Shown here in pieces: positions 21,388-33,500 of a stretch of DNA of 38,418 nucleotides. Where the stretch lies: assembly GCA_002269645.1 (NCBI GenBank), contig NIVC01004677.1, positions 1-38,418 of the forward strand, given 5' to 3'. The position numbers were made by a program, and so were the translations under genes. Under the pieces are notes generated by a model. It searched no databases, was not told the origin of the DNA, and was given only the letters and a program-made list of their open reading frames with translations. This DNA is from Macrostomum lignano (lineage: Eukaryota). Position 1 is the first letter of the stretch. Each line of letters starts with the position of its first letter.

Positions 21388-22916
21388 TAGGATTTCCCGA
21401 TATCAAATTGTAAGGCTTTTGCACAGTCTGCATGTGCAGCGCGGGGGTTCACCAATCAGAGATGAAAAAATTGAACGGCTGACGGGATTGTTGTTGACGT
21501 CACTAAAACGGAAAAGTCATAAGATTTACTCGCTCCAAGTCTAGTTTAAATTAGGCTCAGTGCTTGTACGTTTTGAGTAACCCAGAAGACAGACTGCTCA
21601 TATCTGCCCATTATTTTCTATGGATTCTGTACAATTCAGTACCGTCACGTCTTCTGTTGCCTGTCATGTTACTGATTGCTGTTATAAATATTTTCATTGA
21701 GCTCTCGCCAAAATCTCCATAGACGACCGGAGCGATCAAAAAGGGGATTTCGCTCCCAGTTGACAGACAGCAGTTGCGCTGCTGAATGTAAATACATTCA
21801 ATGCACAATATATAATCACTTGCAATGAAATCCCTTCCCAGAAATGGGAATAAAATGCCTTTGTTTGTGTTTTATTCCTGCCACCGACCACCTACCTGTG
21901 CGCAGGCTGAGGGGAACGGGCAAGCTATATCGACGCGGTTACCTGGGAGGAAAATGAAATCGGGATAATCGGGGCCAGCATGGCAAAGGGGGTTATTGGG
22001 AGTATTTTATTACCTGGGCTATTCGCAATATCATCGCATTTTAGCCTTGGGTTGCCTTGGCGACGAGGCCCATGCAGCAGCGCTGCGCCATCAATGCTTC
22101 ATTGCTTGGGCACAGGAGAAAGCTGCATTGGAAAGTGCAGAGACGCTGCATCAAGGCTGGCCCAATTTAAGGTAGAAGCTGATCGACAGAAAAAGCTACC
22201 GGCTCTGTATGAATGCACAGAGATTAGACAGTCAGGGCCGGTGTACACTCTTGGTGCGCTTGTATTGTGCTTGTGTCAGCGGAATTGGCACAATTGCCTC
22301 AGCGCAGGTTTTTTGGGATGATATCGCCGAAGTTCTAAAGTTCCCATATGCATGCAAGTTTAGTTGCATAAATAATTCCAAGTGTTGTTATGCATCAGAT
22401 CAAAATTTAGGTCAAGCTAACCACAGAACGTGAAGCTCACACGAGCGATAGTCACTGAATGGAGAATTGGGAGCTCGGCGGCGGCTTTTTCCGATGCAAA
22501 TTTCATTTGGATGACTCAGTGTCCGGGACTCAGCACGCTGCGCACATGACTTGCGCAATCCGGGCGGATCATCCCGTCAGACATTCGGCTTGCGTGAATG
22601 GAGATTTGAACTCGAGTTATCCTCAACAGCCTGTATCCTCAACAGACTATCGTTTTACCAACGATTAGCTATGGTTTGCCCCCGAGAATTATCCCCCATG
22701 TGTACAATGACGTGAGCAGCTATACAGCAAGCTTTGCGACTCAAAGTAATGTTTTGTAGATAATTTTTAGATTGCAAAATTAATTGTGGTAGAGCTTTGG
22801 GAAGATAACTATTTTATTATCTTACAAGCTACTTGCAGTAGCAAGTAGTGTCTTTTGATTCTGTTATAATAGCTCAGATGAAACCTATTGCTAGCGAGAT
22901 GCAGTTCGAATTTACT

Positions 22917-23702
22917 GCGGATGGGAAGGGAGCCGATGGGATGGGAAGGGAGCCGATGGGATGGGAAGGGAGCCGATGGGATGGGAAGGGAGCCGATGGG
23001 ATGGGAAGGGAGCCGATGGGATGGGAAGGGAGCCGATGGGATGGGAAGGGAGCCGATGGGATAGAAAGGGAGCGGATGGGATGGGAAGGGAGCCGATGGG
23101 ATGGGAAGGGAGCGGATGGGATGGGAAGAGAGCGGATGGGATAGAAAGGGAGCGGATGGGATGGGAAGGGAGCCGATGGGATAGAAAGGGAGCGGATGGG
23201 ATGAAAAGGGAGCGGATGGGATGGGAAGGGAGCGGATGGGATGGGAAGGGAGCCGATGGGATAGAAAGGGAGCGGATGGGATGAAAAGGGAGCGGATGGG
23301 ATGGGATGGAGCCGATGGGATGGAATGGAGCCGATGGGATGGGAAGGGAGCGGATGGGATAGAAAGGGAGTGGATGGGGTGGAATGGAACCGATGGGATG
23401 GGAAGGGAGCGGATAGGATGGGAAGGGAGTGGATGGGATGGAATGGAGATGTGAAGGGAGCGGATGGGATGGGAAGGGAGCCAATGGGATTGGATGGAGC
23501 CGATGGGATGGGAAGGGAGCGGATGGGATGGAAAGGGAGCGGATGGGATGGTGGGGGCGGTGGGAGCGGATGGGATGGTGGGAGCGGGTGGGATGGTGGG
23601 AGCGGGTGGGATGGTGGGAGCGGGTGGGGTGGTGGGAGCGGGTGGGATGGTGGGAGCGGATGGGATGGTGGGAGCGGGTGGGATGGTGGGAGCGGATGGA
23701 AT
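22917..23702. repeat. Purine-rich 20-bp satellite (GATGGGATGGGAAGGGAGCC) changing to an 18-bp unit (GGGAGCGGGTGGGATGGT)
   Basis: Direct periodicity; source of many spurious ORFs on both strands. Confidence 0.9.
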
Positions 23703-24467
23703 GGATTGAAGGCCCAAGAGTTGCTCAACTCAAACAGCCCGAACTCCCTAAAATGTTGGTGAACCAGCTGAGAGGCAGGAGAAAAAGGCCACGCTAGTAC
23801 AAAAAATACCGGTACATGTAACTAATTCTGTTCTATCAGTGTGTCCGGTGTTTAACTTTGGTCAAGGCAGTGGGATTTTAGTCCCAAACCAAACGATTGA
23901 TCTGCTGGACAGCGTTGCCTGGGCAACCAACTTCCCGAGTGCAGCTGCAGAGTAATTTTTGTGAACTCATAATCGGTGAGCCATGGGCACAAAGCGTAGA
24001 GTGTTTGACTTTATTAGCAAACATAGCTGGTAGTTGGGTAGCTGCAGCAGAGCCTCTCAGTGCTGGCAATTAGTCAGTCAGTGCGGCGGCCCAGTTCGCC
24101 ACACGATACTGTACGATCCACTGATTCCACTCTGTTGCGGAGCACGCATACACTTTATGCAAGTATCGCGTTTTCTTTCTAAATAAAACAGAAATTGTTT
24201 TAAGCTGAAGCTATGCAAACAAAGAAACGCTGTCTGGTTTTTTTGTGTTTTTTTGGGGGGGATTATTTTTCCTGGGGAAATTAATTTGCTAATTTACGTT
24301 TTCTGTACGCCCTCGCCTCCGGTCTTCCAATTGGCGACTGGGAGAATCTCCTTCCCTGTCCTTCCTTCCTTCCTTTACTGACCAGAGAGCAGCCTTGCTA
24401 TATGTAAGCATCCGGCCTACTGCAGGGGAGCCAACTCAGGCCATTTGGCGTTTTCGACAGCTCGACA

Positions 24468-26742
24468 ATGCAGCCGTCCAGCCCAGGCAAGTCGCGCCAG
24501 TCGCGCCTGGACCTGCTGTACCTGGCCGCTGAGGAGACAACAGCTCACGGACTCAGCCGCACAGTGGGCAACCGGCACCCTGTGGTTCGGGTGCTCTGGG
24601 GCCTGGCCTTCCTCTGCATGCTGGGCGTCTTTCTCAAGCAATTCGTGGACTCCTGCAACCGCCTCTACTCAAAGCCGGTGTCAACCTCAATCGAGCCGAA
24701 CACTGTGGATTTCCAGTTCCCGGATGTGCACATCTGCTCCGTGCCCATTGTGTCGGCCAGTTACGCCTCGCTGATGAGCCCGGCAGATCTGAATTTCACT
24801 GTCGAGCTCATGAAGCAGATTGAAAACCGGCTGAAGGCCGCCAATCTCCCAGTGCTGTACCTCGGCGGTCAGCTGTTCACCGGCAGCCTGCCGTACAACT
24901 TTCTGAGCAGAAACTTCGGCACTCGCAAGGAGCAGTCGGTCATCGGGGCGCTGGTGATGCCAGTGAACACGAATCTGCAGCTCGATGTTGACATTATCGA
25001 CCTGCGGCATCACAAGTACCTGAACTGCTTCACCATGCGGCTGAGGGATCCTTCACTGCACAGCCTGCTGAACAATGTACTGGGCTACCTGGATCTCAAC
25101 CTGTACGCCGATGCCAGCTTCAACCAGAGCGAGATTCTGCGCTACTTCAACAACATCATGGACGTCCGCGGACTAAACTTTGACGTCTACGAGGCCCTGA
25201 TAGGCTCCGGGTTTCGCATATTTTTCACTCCGCGGGGCTACTACCCAGACGATTACAGCCCGTCAGTGACTGTGAGCCCGGGATTCCAGCATCGGATCAG
25301 TCTGAGCATGCTCTACACAGAGTTGACTCCGGACAAGGGCCAGTGCGTTCGCGACAGTCCAGATGTTGTGTACCTGGACCAGTTCACCGGACAGCCCGTC
25401 ACTTACCACTACGATCTGTCTTGTACGTGTGCAGAGTCACATTGGTGTCTCAAGTCAAGCAAATCGTTAGGAGTTTTATTTGGAATTTGGAATTTTGGCT
25501 TTACAGTTTTGGTACGGATTGGTCACTGTGGGATTCAGAGTTTGGTACGGATTGGCACTGGTATTCAGAGTTTGGTACGGATTGGACACTGGGATTCAGA
25601 GTTTGGTACGGATTGGACACTGGTATTCAGAGTTTGGTACGGATTGGACACTAGGATTCAGAGTTTGGTACGGATTGGACACTGGGATTCAGAGTTTGGT
25701 ACGGATTGGTCACTGGGGATTCAGAGTTTGGTACGGATTGGTCACTGGGATTCAGAGTTTGGTACGGATTGGTCACTGGGATTCAGAGTTTGGTACGGAT
25801 TGGACACTGGGATTCAGAGTTTGGTACGGATTGGTCACTGGTATTCAGAGTTTGGTACGGATTGGACACTGGTATTCAGAGTTTGGTACGGATTGGACAC
25901 TAGGATTCAGAGTTAGGTACGGATTGGTCACTGATATTCACTTTAATTTTCGCTTTCACGCAGCTTGCTACGCCCAGTTTATGAACGAGATGTTCAAGAA
26001 TGAATTTGGCTGCTTCCTGCCCGGCTACTCGCCCATCCTGTACGAACACCGGGACCTGCGCTTGTGCAGCAACCTGGCCTACATTGACTCCAACGCCACC
26101 GGTCAGTCAAGGAGTGGAAAGCTGAATTTCCTCTACGGCTTCACCAACGGCACCTTCACGGAGCAGCTGGTTGGCAGCATGCACAAGATGATGGAGCGCT
26201 GCCGGCAGAGGCAGTCCTGCCAGGAGGCCAAGTACGTGTCCAGCCTGAGCTCTATTCGATTCCCGCTGAGTCAGGCCGTCAACAATGAGCTGATCAACAC
26301 TTTCCGTACGCTGAACGGCCACCGAATCGCGAACAACTACTCCATCCCCGGCCGGATGTGGATGCAGCGCCTGTTTGAGTCTGGCGTCAATTCCACAGCG
26401 TCCAGCGCCACTTCGCTTGAGTACGTGCAGGCGGTGGAGGAGAACATTGTCCGGGTGCAGATCCACGCGGGCGAGCTCACGTCCACCTTGTACAGGCAGC
26501 AGATATCCTACCTGCCCAGCGACCTGTTAGCCGGAGTTGGCGGTCTCATGGGTCTCTACATGGGCTGCAGTGTGCTCACCCTGATGGAGCTTCTCGAACT
26601 GCTAGCCGTGCTCATCTACGGGCGTCGTCTTGTCGCCGAACCGTCAGCCGTGACCGATCAGAGTCAGCAGCAGTCGCAGCAGCAGCTCAGTGGGCAGTCG
26701 GGCAGTAAAAGCGACCGTAAGATTGAGCTGGTCACCTTTTAA
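24468..26742 (+). CDS. DEG/ENaC (amiloride-sensitive sodium channel / ASIC-like) family subunit, about 577 aa; exons 24468-25422, 25964-26742
   Basis: Pre-TM1 ETTAHGLSR (HG motif); TM1 VRVLWGLAFLCMLGVFLKQF; PVSTSI..FQFPDVHICS; GFRIFF..VSPGFQ; post-splice YDLS|SCYAQF..FGC; TM2 DLLAGVGGLMGLYMGCSVLTLMELLELL with a G-x-S filter. One phase-1 GT-AG intron, 25423-25963. Confidence 0.93.
25505..25935. repeat. 31-bp minisatellite (GATTCAGAGTTTGGTACGGATTGGACACTGG), about 14 copies, filling the DEG/ENaC intron
   Basis: Direct periodicity, 25591 to 25622. The consensus has no + strand stop codon, which explains the two overlapping long ORFs. Confidence 0.95.
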
Positions 26743-27059
26743 CTACCAGAAGCGAGCAAGAATGCAAGCTCAAACGCTCTTTGATTTTTTTTTCAAAACA
26801 GAAAATTTAAGCATTGAGAAAGTAGAAATTCAGGTCTTACCAAAGGAATTGTTCAATAAAGTTTTGTCGCCACAAATCAGGCTTTGAAGCTACTTAGTAA
26901 GTAGATATTGAAGCACAGGACTTTTGACTGTTAAGTTATCAGTAATGCCATTAGCAGGGCGGAATTCAGTGGTAAACTTTTTGTTTTTTTGCATTCAATA
27001 TTGACCGTTTCTATGTTTAACTTGTAGTCTAAATTTTTCGATTCTTTACTTAGCTGTGT

Positions 27060-28385
27060 TTCACTCTACTCTGCTCTGTTTTACTCTGTTCCACTCTACT
27101 CTACTCTGTTCAACTCTACTCTGTTCCACTCTACTCTACTCTTTTCAACTCTACTCTACTCTGTTCCACTCTACTCTACTCTGTTTCACTCTACTCTGTT
27201 CCACTCTACTCTACTCTTTTCAACTCTACTCTACTCTGTTCCACTCTACTCTACTCTGTTCCACTCTACTCTACTCTTTTCAACTCTACTCTACTCTGTT
27301 CTACTCTACTCTGTTCCACTCTACTCTACTCTTTTCAACTCTACTCTACTCTGTTCCACTCTACTCTACTCTGTTTCACTCTACTCTGTTCCACTCTACT
27401 CTACTCTTTTCAACTCTACTCTACTCTGTTCCACTCTACTCTACTCTGTTCCACTCTACTCTACTCTTTTCAACTCTACTCTACTCTGTTCTACTCTACT
27501 CTACTCTGTTCCACTCTACTCTACTCTGTTTCACTCTGTTCCACTCTACTTTACTCTGTTTCACTCTGTTCCACTCTACTTTACTCTGTTCCACTCTACT
27601 CTACTCTGTTCTACTCTACTCTGTTCCACTCTACTCTACTCTGTTTCACTCTGTTCCAGTCTACTCTACTCTGTTCAACTCTACTCTGTTCCACTCTACT
27701 CTACTCTGTTCCACTCTATTCTACTCTATTCTACTCTACTCTACTCTGTTTCACTCTACTCTGTTCCACTCTACTCTACTCTTTTCAACTCTACTCTACT
27801 CTGTTCCACTCTACTCTACTCTGTTTCACTCTACTCTGTTCCACTCTACTCTACTCTTTTCAACTCTACTCTACTCTGTTCTACTCTACTCTACTCTGTT
27901 CCACTCTACTCTACTCTTTTCAACTCTACTCTACTCTGTTCTACTCTACTCTACTCTGTTCCACTCTACTCTACTCTGTTTCACTCTGTTCCACTCTACT
28001 TTACTCTGTTTCACTCTGTTCCACTCTACTTTACTCTGTTCCACTCTACTCCACTCTGTTCTACTCTACTCTGTTCCACTCTACTCTACTCTGTTTCACT
28101 CTGTTCCAGTCTACTCTACTCTGTTCAACTCTACTCTGTTCCACTCTACTCTACTCTGTTCCACTCTATTCTACTCTATTCTACTCTAGTCTACTCTAGT
28201 CTACTCTACTCTGTTCCACTCTACTTTACTCTGTTCCACTCTACTCCACTCTGTTCAACTCTACTCTGTTCCACTCTACTCTACTTTGTTCCACTCTACT
28301 CTACTCTGTTCCACTCTACTCTACTCTACTCTACTCTGTTCTACTCTGTTATACTATGCTATACTCTACTCTACTTTAATCTACT
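27060..28385 (+). repeat. Pentamer-based satellite (CTCTA/CTGTT/CCACT)
   Basis: Direct inspection; the 377-aa STLLYS ORF is an artefact. Confidence 0.95.
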
Positions 28386-28608
28386 CCACTTAGCACATGC
28401 TTAAACGAAGACGGGCAGAAAAAAGTGTGTTTTTTTCTAATAGTTCGTTTGTTATAGTTTCACTCGTGGCATAAAATGTTGACACAGTCCAATGTGAGTA
28501 CTGTGGACTTTTCCTCGTAAAGCAAAACAAATATTTTAAATTTGTAATTCTGGCAATGACTGCTCTTGCAAGCTTTTCTTGCTGATCGCTTAAGTACTGA
28601 ATAAAATA

Positions 28609-29090
28609 TTGACTAAATAAACGTAATTGACTAAATGACTAAATAAACGTAATTGACTAAATGACTAAATAAACGTAATTGACTAAATGACTAAATAAAC
28701 GTAATTGACTAAATGACTAAATAAACGTAATTGACTAAATGACTAAATAAACGTAATTGACTAAATGACTAAATAAACGTAATTGACTAAATGACTAAAT
28801 AAACGTAATTGACTAAATGACTAAATAAACGTAATTGACTAAATGACTAAATAAACGTAATTGACTAAATGACTAAATAAACGTAATTGACTAAATGACT
28901 AAATAAACGTAATTGACTAAATGACTAAATAAACGTAATTGACTAAATGACTAAATAAACGTAATTGACTAAATGACTAAATAAACGTAATTGACTAAAT
29001 GACTAAATAAACGTAATTGACTAAATGACTAAATAAACGTAATTGACTAAATGACTAAATAAACGTAATTGACTAAATGACTAAATAAAC
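28609..29090. repeat. Homogeneous 26-bp AT-rich minisatellite (TAAATAAACGTAATTGACTAAATGAC), about 18.5 copies
   Basis: Direct periodicity, 28614 to 28640; no variant units seen. Confidence 0.95.
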
Positions 29091-29159
29091 ATAAAAGCCT
29101 TAAAACAGTATCAGATGTTACTGGATCTTACTGGATTATATGACAGATAGTAAAACTGT

Positions 29160-29690
29160 GTAGAGAACAACGTAGAACTTAGTAGACACGCGTAGAACAG
29201 GGCAGAACAGAGTAGAGTAGACTAGAGTAGACTAGAGTAGAATAGAGTAGAATAGAGTAGAACAGAGTAGAGTAGACTAGAGTAGAATAGAGTAGAACAG
29301 AGTAGAGTAGACTAGAGTAGACTAGAGTAGAATAGAGTAGAATAGAGTAGAACAGAGTAGAGTAGACTAGAGTAGACTAGAGTAGAATAGAGTAGAATAG
29401 AGTAGAACAGAGTAGAGTAGACTAGAGTAGACTAGAGTATAATAGAGTAGAATAGAGTAGAACAGAGTAGAGTAGACTAGAGTAGAATAGAGTAGAACAG
29501 AGTAGAGTAGACTAGAGTAGAATAGAGTAGAATAGAGTAGAACAGAGTAGAGTAGACTAGAGTAGAATAGAGTAGAATAGAGTAGAACAGAGTAGAGTAG
29601 ACTAGAGTAGAATAGAGTAGAATGTTACGGAGTAGAAAAGCGTAGAACTGTGAAGAATAGAATAGAGTAGAACAGAATTCAGAGTAATAT
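29160..29690 (-). repeat. Same pentamer satellite family as 27060-28385, in inverted orientation (TAGAG/TAGAA/CAGAG)
   Basis: The reverse complement reads CTCTACTCTATTCTACTCTAGTCTACTCTACTCTGTT. Confidence 0.9.
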
Positions 29691-29869
29691 AGCAGTAAAA
29701 CACAGATTAGTTCCCGACTGGACTGATTAGTCACTGCCAGCGCAAATCCATGTGCAAACACTCCTGACAGGACTTCCTTGATGAGGTAATTGGATTACGA
29801 ATAAGCGTTAAGCGATGAATTGGCGATCATATTGCTGGTCTGCTGATTGCCTGAGCGGAACGCTGCACA

Positions 29870-30056
29870 AATCTATGCCTGCTCCGTGAATCTATGCCTG
29901 CTCCGTGAATCTATGCCTGCTCCGTGAATCTATGCCTGCTCCGTGAATCTATGCCTGCTCCGTGAATATATGCCTGCTCCGTGAATCTATGCCTGCTCCG
30001 TGAATCTATGCCTGCTCCGTGAATCTATGCCTGCTCCGTGAATCTATGCCTACTCC
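29870..30056. repeat. 19-bp minisatellite (CTCCGTGAATCTATGCCTG), about 10 copies
   Basis: Direct periodicity, 29882 to 29901. Confidence 0.95.
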
Positions 30057-30547
30057 ACACTTCGCACTAAGTGAATCTACATTCTACACGTATGCCATTC
30101 CAGCTCAAAATTCTACTCGAATTGTTATTATCGTTGACAGAAATCTGTGGAACAGCCGAGTACTGAACACAGTCCGCACTTCCCTCCCCTCTCCCCCTCG
30201 CTCTCCACTGCTGAAGTTACCCAACAGTCAGAGCACAGCCGAGTCCTTAGCACTAATCCCCAGCAGTTCGCCAGCTGTTGCACCAGGGTTCGCAGCGGCA
30301 GGCAGCTCACAGCTTTGCCAAACTTGGAAGGCAAAAATTGTTCTGTCCCTTGAAGAGGCAGCCAGCACAGAGGGGAAAAATAGGCTAGTGGACGATACGC
30401 AGATCCCCAAGCCAACAAGTCAGAACCCAACTCTCTGCCAAAGCGTTTTTAGTCCTGGCGACAACTGGCCTCCTACTGATCGTTAAACCCGCGCTCTCTC
30501 TCTGTTACACTTCCAATTCGACTCGCTAACTAAATTATCGAACAAGA

Positions 30548-33500
30548 ATGAATCTAACAGCCTTGACAACTGTCTGCATACTTTTTCTGATAGCTGTGCA
30601 TCACACAGGTATGTAGCTGAATCAGCATCAATACTTGTACATTAGTTGCAAGAATATTTATATCATATATTATGCCATAGACAAAACCAATCCTGCACAC
30701 CCGGAGAGATCTGTGCCATAGACACAACCAATCCTGCACACCCGGAGAGATCTGTGCCATAGACACAACCAATCCTGCACACCCGGAGAGATCTGTGCCA
30801 TAGACACAACCAATCCTGCACACCCGGAGAGATCTATGCCATAGACACAACCAATCCTGCACACCCGGAGAGATCTGTGCCATAGACACAACCAATCCTG
30901 CACACCCGGAGAGATCTGTGCCATAGACACAACCAATCCTGCACACCCGGAGAGATCTATGCCATAGACACAACCAATCCTGCACACCCGGAGAGATCTG
31001 TGCCATAGACACAACCAATCCTGCACACCCGGAGAGATCTATGCCATAGACACAACCAATCCTGCACACCCGGAGAGATCTATGTCATAGACACAACCAA
31101 TCCTGCACACCCGGAGAGATCTGTGCCATAGACACAACCAATCCTGCACACCCGGAGAGATCTGTGCCATAGACACAACCAATCCTGCACACTCGGAGAG
31201 ATCTATGCCATAGACACAACCAATTCTGCACACTCGGAGAGATCTATGCCATAGACACAACCAATCCTGCACACCCGGAGAGATCTGTGCCATAGACACA
31301 ACCAATCCTGCACACCCGGAGAGATCTGTGCCATAGACACAACCAATCCTGCACACCCGGAGAGATCTGTGCCATAGACACAACCAATCCTGCACACCCG
31401 GAGAGATCTGTGCCATAGACACAACCAATCCTGCACACCCGGAGAGATCTGTGCCATAGACACAACCAATCCTGCACACCCGGAGAGATCTTTGCCATAG
31501 ACACAACCAATCCTGCACACCCGGAGAGATCTGTGCCATAGACACAACCAATCCTGCACACCCGGAGAGATCTATGCCATAGACACAACCAATCCTGCAC
31601 ACCCGGAGAGATCTGTGCCATAGACACAACCAATCCTGCACACCCGGAGAGATCTATGCCATAGACACAACCAATCCTGCACACCCGGAGAGATCTATGT
31701 CATAGACACAACCAATCCTGCACACCCGGAGAGATCTGTGCCATAGACACAACCAATCCTGCACACCCGGAGAGATCTTTGCCATAGACACAACCAATCC
31801 TGCACACCCGGAGAGATCTGTGCCATAGACACAACCAATCCTGCACACCCGGAGAGATCTATGCCATAGACACAACCAATCCTGCACACCCGGAGAGATC
31901 TGTGCCATAGACACAACCAATCCTGCACACCCGGAGAGATCTATGCCATAGACACAACCAATCCTGCACACCCGGAGAGATCTATGTCATAGACACAACC
32001 AATCCTGCACACCCGGAGAGATCTGTGCCATAGACACAACCAATCCTGCACACCCGGAGAGATCTTTGCCATAGACACAACCAATCCTGCACACCCGGAG
32101 AGATCTGTGCCATAGACACAACCAATCCTGCACACCCGGAGAGATCTATGCCATAGACACAACCAATCCTGCACACCCGGAGAGATCTGTGCCATAGACA
32201 CAACCAATCCTGCACACCCGGAGAGATCTATGCCATAGACACAACCAATCCTGCACACCCGGAGAGATCTATGTCATAGACACAACCAATCCTGCACACC
32301 CGGAGAGATCTGTGCCATAGACACAACCAATCCTGCACACCCGGAGAGATCTGTGCCATAGACACAACCAATCCTGCACACTCGGAGAGATCTATGCCAT
32401 AGACACAACCAATTCTGCACACTCGGAGAGATCTATGCCATAGACACAACCAATCCTGCACACCCGGAGAGATCTGTGCCATAGACACAACCAATCCTGC
32501 ACACCCGGAGAGATCTGTGCCATAGACACAACCAATCCTGCACACCCGGAGAGATCTGTGCCATAGACACAACCAATTCTGCACACCCGGAGAGATCTGT
32601 GCCATAGACACAACCAATCCTGCACACCCGGAGAGATCTGTGCCATAGACACAACCAATCCTGCACACCCGGAGAGATCTGTGCCATAGACACAACCAAT
32701 CCTGCACACCCGGAGAGATATGTGCCATAGACACAACCAATCCTGCACACCCGGAGAGATCTGTGCCATAGACACAATCAATCCTGCACACCTGGAGAGA
32801 TCTATGCCATAGACACAACCAATCCTGCACACCCGGAGAGATCTGTGCCATAGACACAACCAATCCTGCACACCCGGAGAGATCTATGCCATAGACACAA
32901 CCAATCCTGCACACCCGGAGAGATCTATGCCATAGACACAACCAATCCTGCACACCCGGAGAGATCTGTGCCATAGACACAACCAATCCTGCACACCCGG
33001 AGAGATCTATGTCATAGACACAACCAATCCTGCACACCCGGAGAGATCTATGCCATAGACACAACCAATCCTGCACATCCGGAGAGATCTATGCCATAGA
33101 CACAACCAATCCTGCACACCCGGAGAGATCTGTGCCATAGACACAACCAATCCTGCACACCCGGAGAGATCTATGCCATAGACACAACCAATCCTGCACA
33201 CCCGGAGAGATCTATGCCATAGACGCAACCAATCCTGCACACCCGGAGAGATCTGTGCCATAGACACAACCAATCCTGCACACCCGGAGAGATCTATGCC
33301 ATAGACACAACCAATCCTGCACACCCGGAGAGATCTATGCCATAGACACAACCAATCCTGCACACCCGGAGAGATCTATGCCATAGACACAACCAATCCT
33401 GCACACCCGGAGAGATCTATGCCATAGACACAACCAATCCTGCACACCCGGAGAGATCTATGCCATAGACACAACCAATTCTGCACACCCGGAGAGATCT

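Noticed and set aside
22209-22433. LINE C-terminal zinc-knuckle remnant (AQVFWDDIAEVLK)
   Set aside because: Only a short motif resemblance; the Cys/His spacing does not fit and there are no RT motifs nearby.
24468-25916. The 482-aa and 420-aa ORFs as two separate proteins
   Set aside because: They are the two exons of one DEG/ENaC gene, each reading into the stop-free intronic 31-bp array.
30092-30166. MPFQLKILLELLLSLTEICGTAE as the FN2 gene signal peptide
   Set aside because: Only a weak phase-2 donor, which is incompatible with the phase-1 acceptor. The 30548-30608 exon has a better hydrophobic core, a consensus donor and the correct phase.
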